NCBI RefSeq assembly: GCF_037042905.1
Contig: NC_087247.1
Location: forward strand, 13,392,001-13,456,000
DNA from: Lytechinus pictus
Taxonomy: Eukaryota
Direction: 5' to 3'
DNA length: 64,000 nt
The position numbers and the translations under genes were made by a program. Every line of letters starts with the position of its first letter. Positions within the stretch are counted from its first letter, which is position 1. This document shows positions 63,817 through 64,000 of the stretch, piece after piece. Below the pieces are notes generated by a model, which was given only the letters and a program-made list of their open reading frames with translations, searched no databases and was not told where the DNA came from.

Positions 63817-63941
63817 TAGAAAGTCAAAAAGGGGCCTAAGCTTTCGATCCTAGCAGAATCTTCGTCGGAGGCAAAATGGTCATTTGCCTCCGACGAAGAT
63901 TCTGCTAGGATCGAAAGCTTAGGCCCCTTTTTGACTTTCTA
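63817..63941. repeat. 125-bp near-perfect palindrome; each arm carries a minimal hammerhead-like motif (Penelope-like pLTR junction)
   Basis: tagaaagtcaaaaaggggcctaagctttcgatcctagcagaatcttcgtcggaggcaaa and its exact reverse complement, with a tiny central loop. Confidence 0.9.
63886..63924 (+). ncRNA. Minimal type-I hammerhead-like motif (mirror copy at 63834-63872, - strand)
   Basis: GCCU-CCGACGA-A-GAUUC(UGCUA)GGAUC-GAAA-GC-UU-AGGC; stems I and II pair; stem III is palindromic AGCU; U4 replaced by C. Confidence 0.6.
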
Positions 63942-64000
63942 ATTTACTCCATTGGCTCTCTTTTATTAGATAAGCAGTTTTCAGCAGCTTCTTTTTGCCA

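Overview
AT-rich metazoan genomic DNA with GT-AG introns. The repeat landscape suggests an echinoderm such as a sea urchin (inference only). Three protein-coding genes are supported. (1) The 3' 15 coding exons (984-18407, +) of a DHX30-like DEAH-box RNA helicase, whose 5' part lies upstream of the window. (2) A single-coding-exon SLC10 (sodium/bile-acid symporter family) gene with an N-terminal signal and ectodomain (28272-29678, -). (3) A five-coding-exon, ~1073-aa doublecortin-like kinase (44266-58146, +) with two DCX domains, a ~275-aa proline-free E/R/K-rich helical linker and a DCLK3-type kinase domain. All exon phases were checked by hand and join in frame. Introns and intergenic DNA are dense with non-autonomous mobile DNA: TTAA-flanked AGG..CCT (Kolobok/T2-type) MITEs, Harbinger-, Tc1- and hAT-like MITEs, tRNA-derived SINEs, two decayed LINE fragments and tandem-core elements. 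The most unusual observations are a foldback element with inverted 15-bp tandem arrays (34736-36208), four minimal hammerhead-ribozyme-like motifs (two forming a 125-bp palindrome at 63817-63941), decayed tandem copies of exon 5' junctions inside the helicase gene, and the long single-alpha-helix-like spacer in the kinase. No rRNA, true tRNA or CRISPR array is supported.
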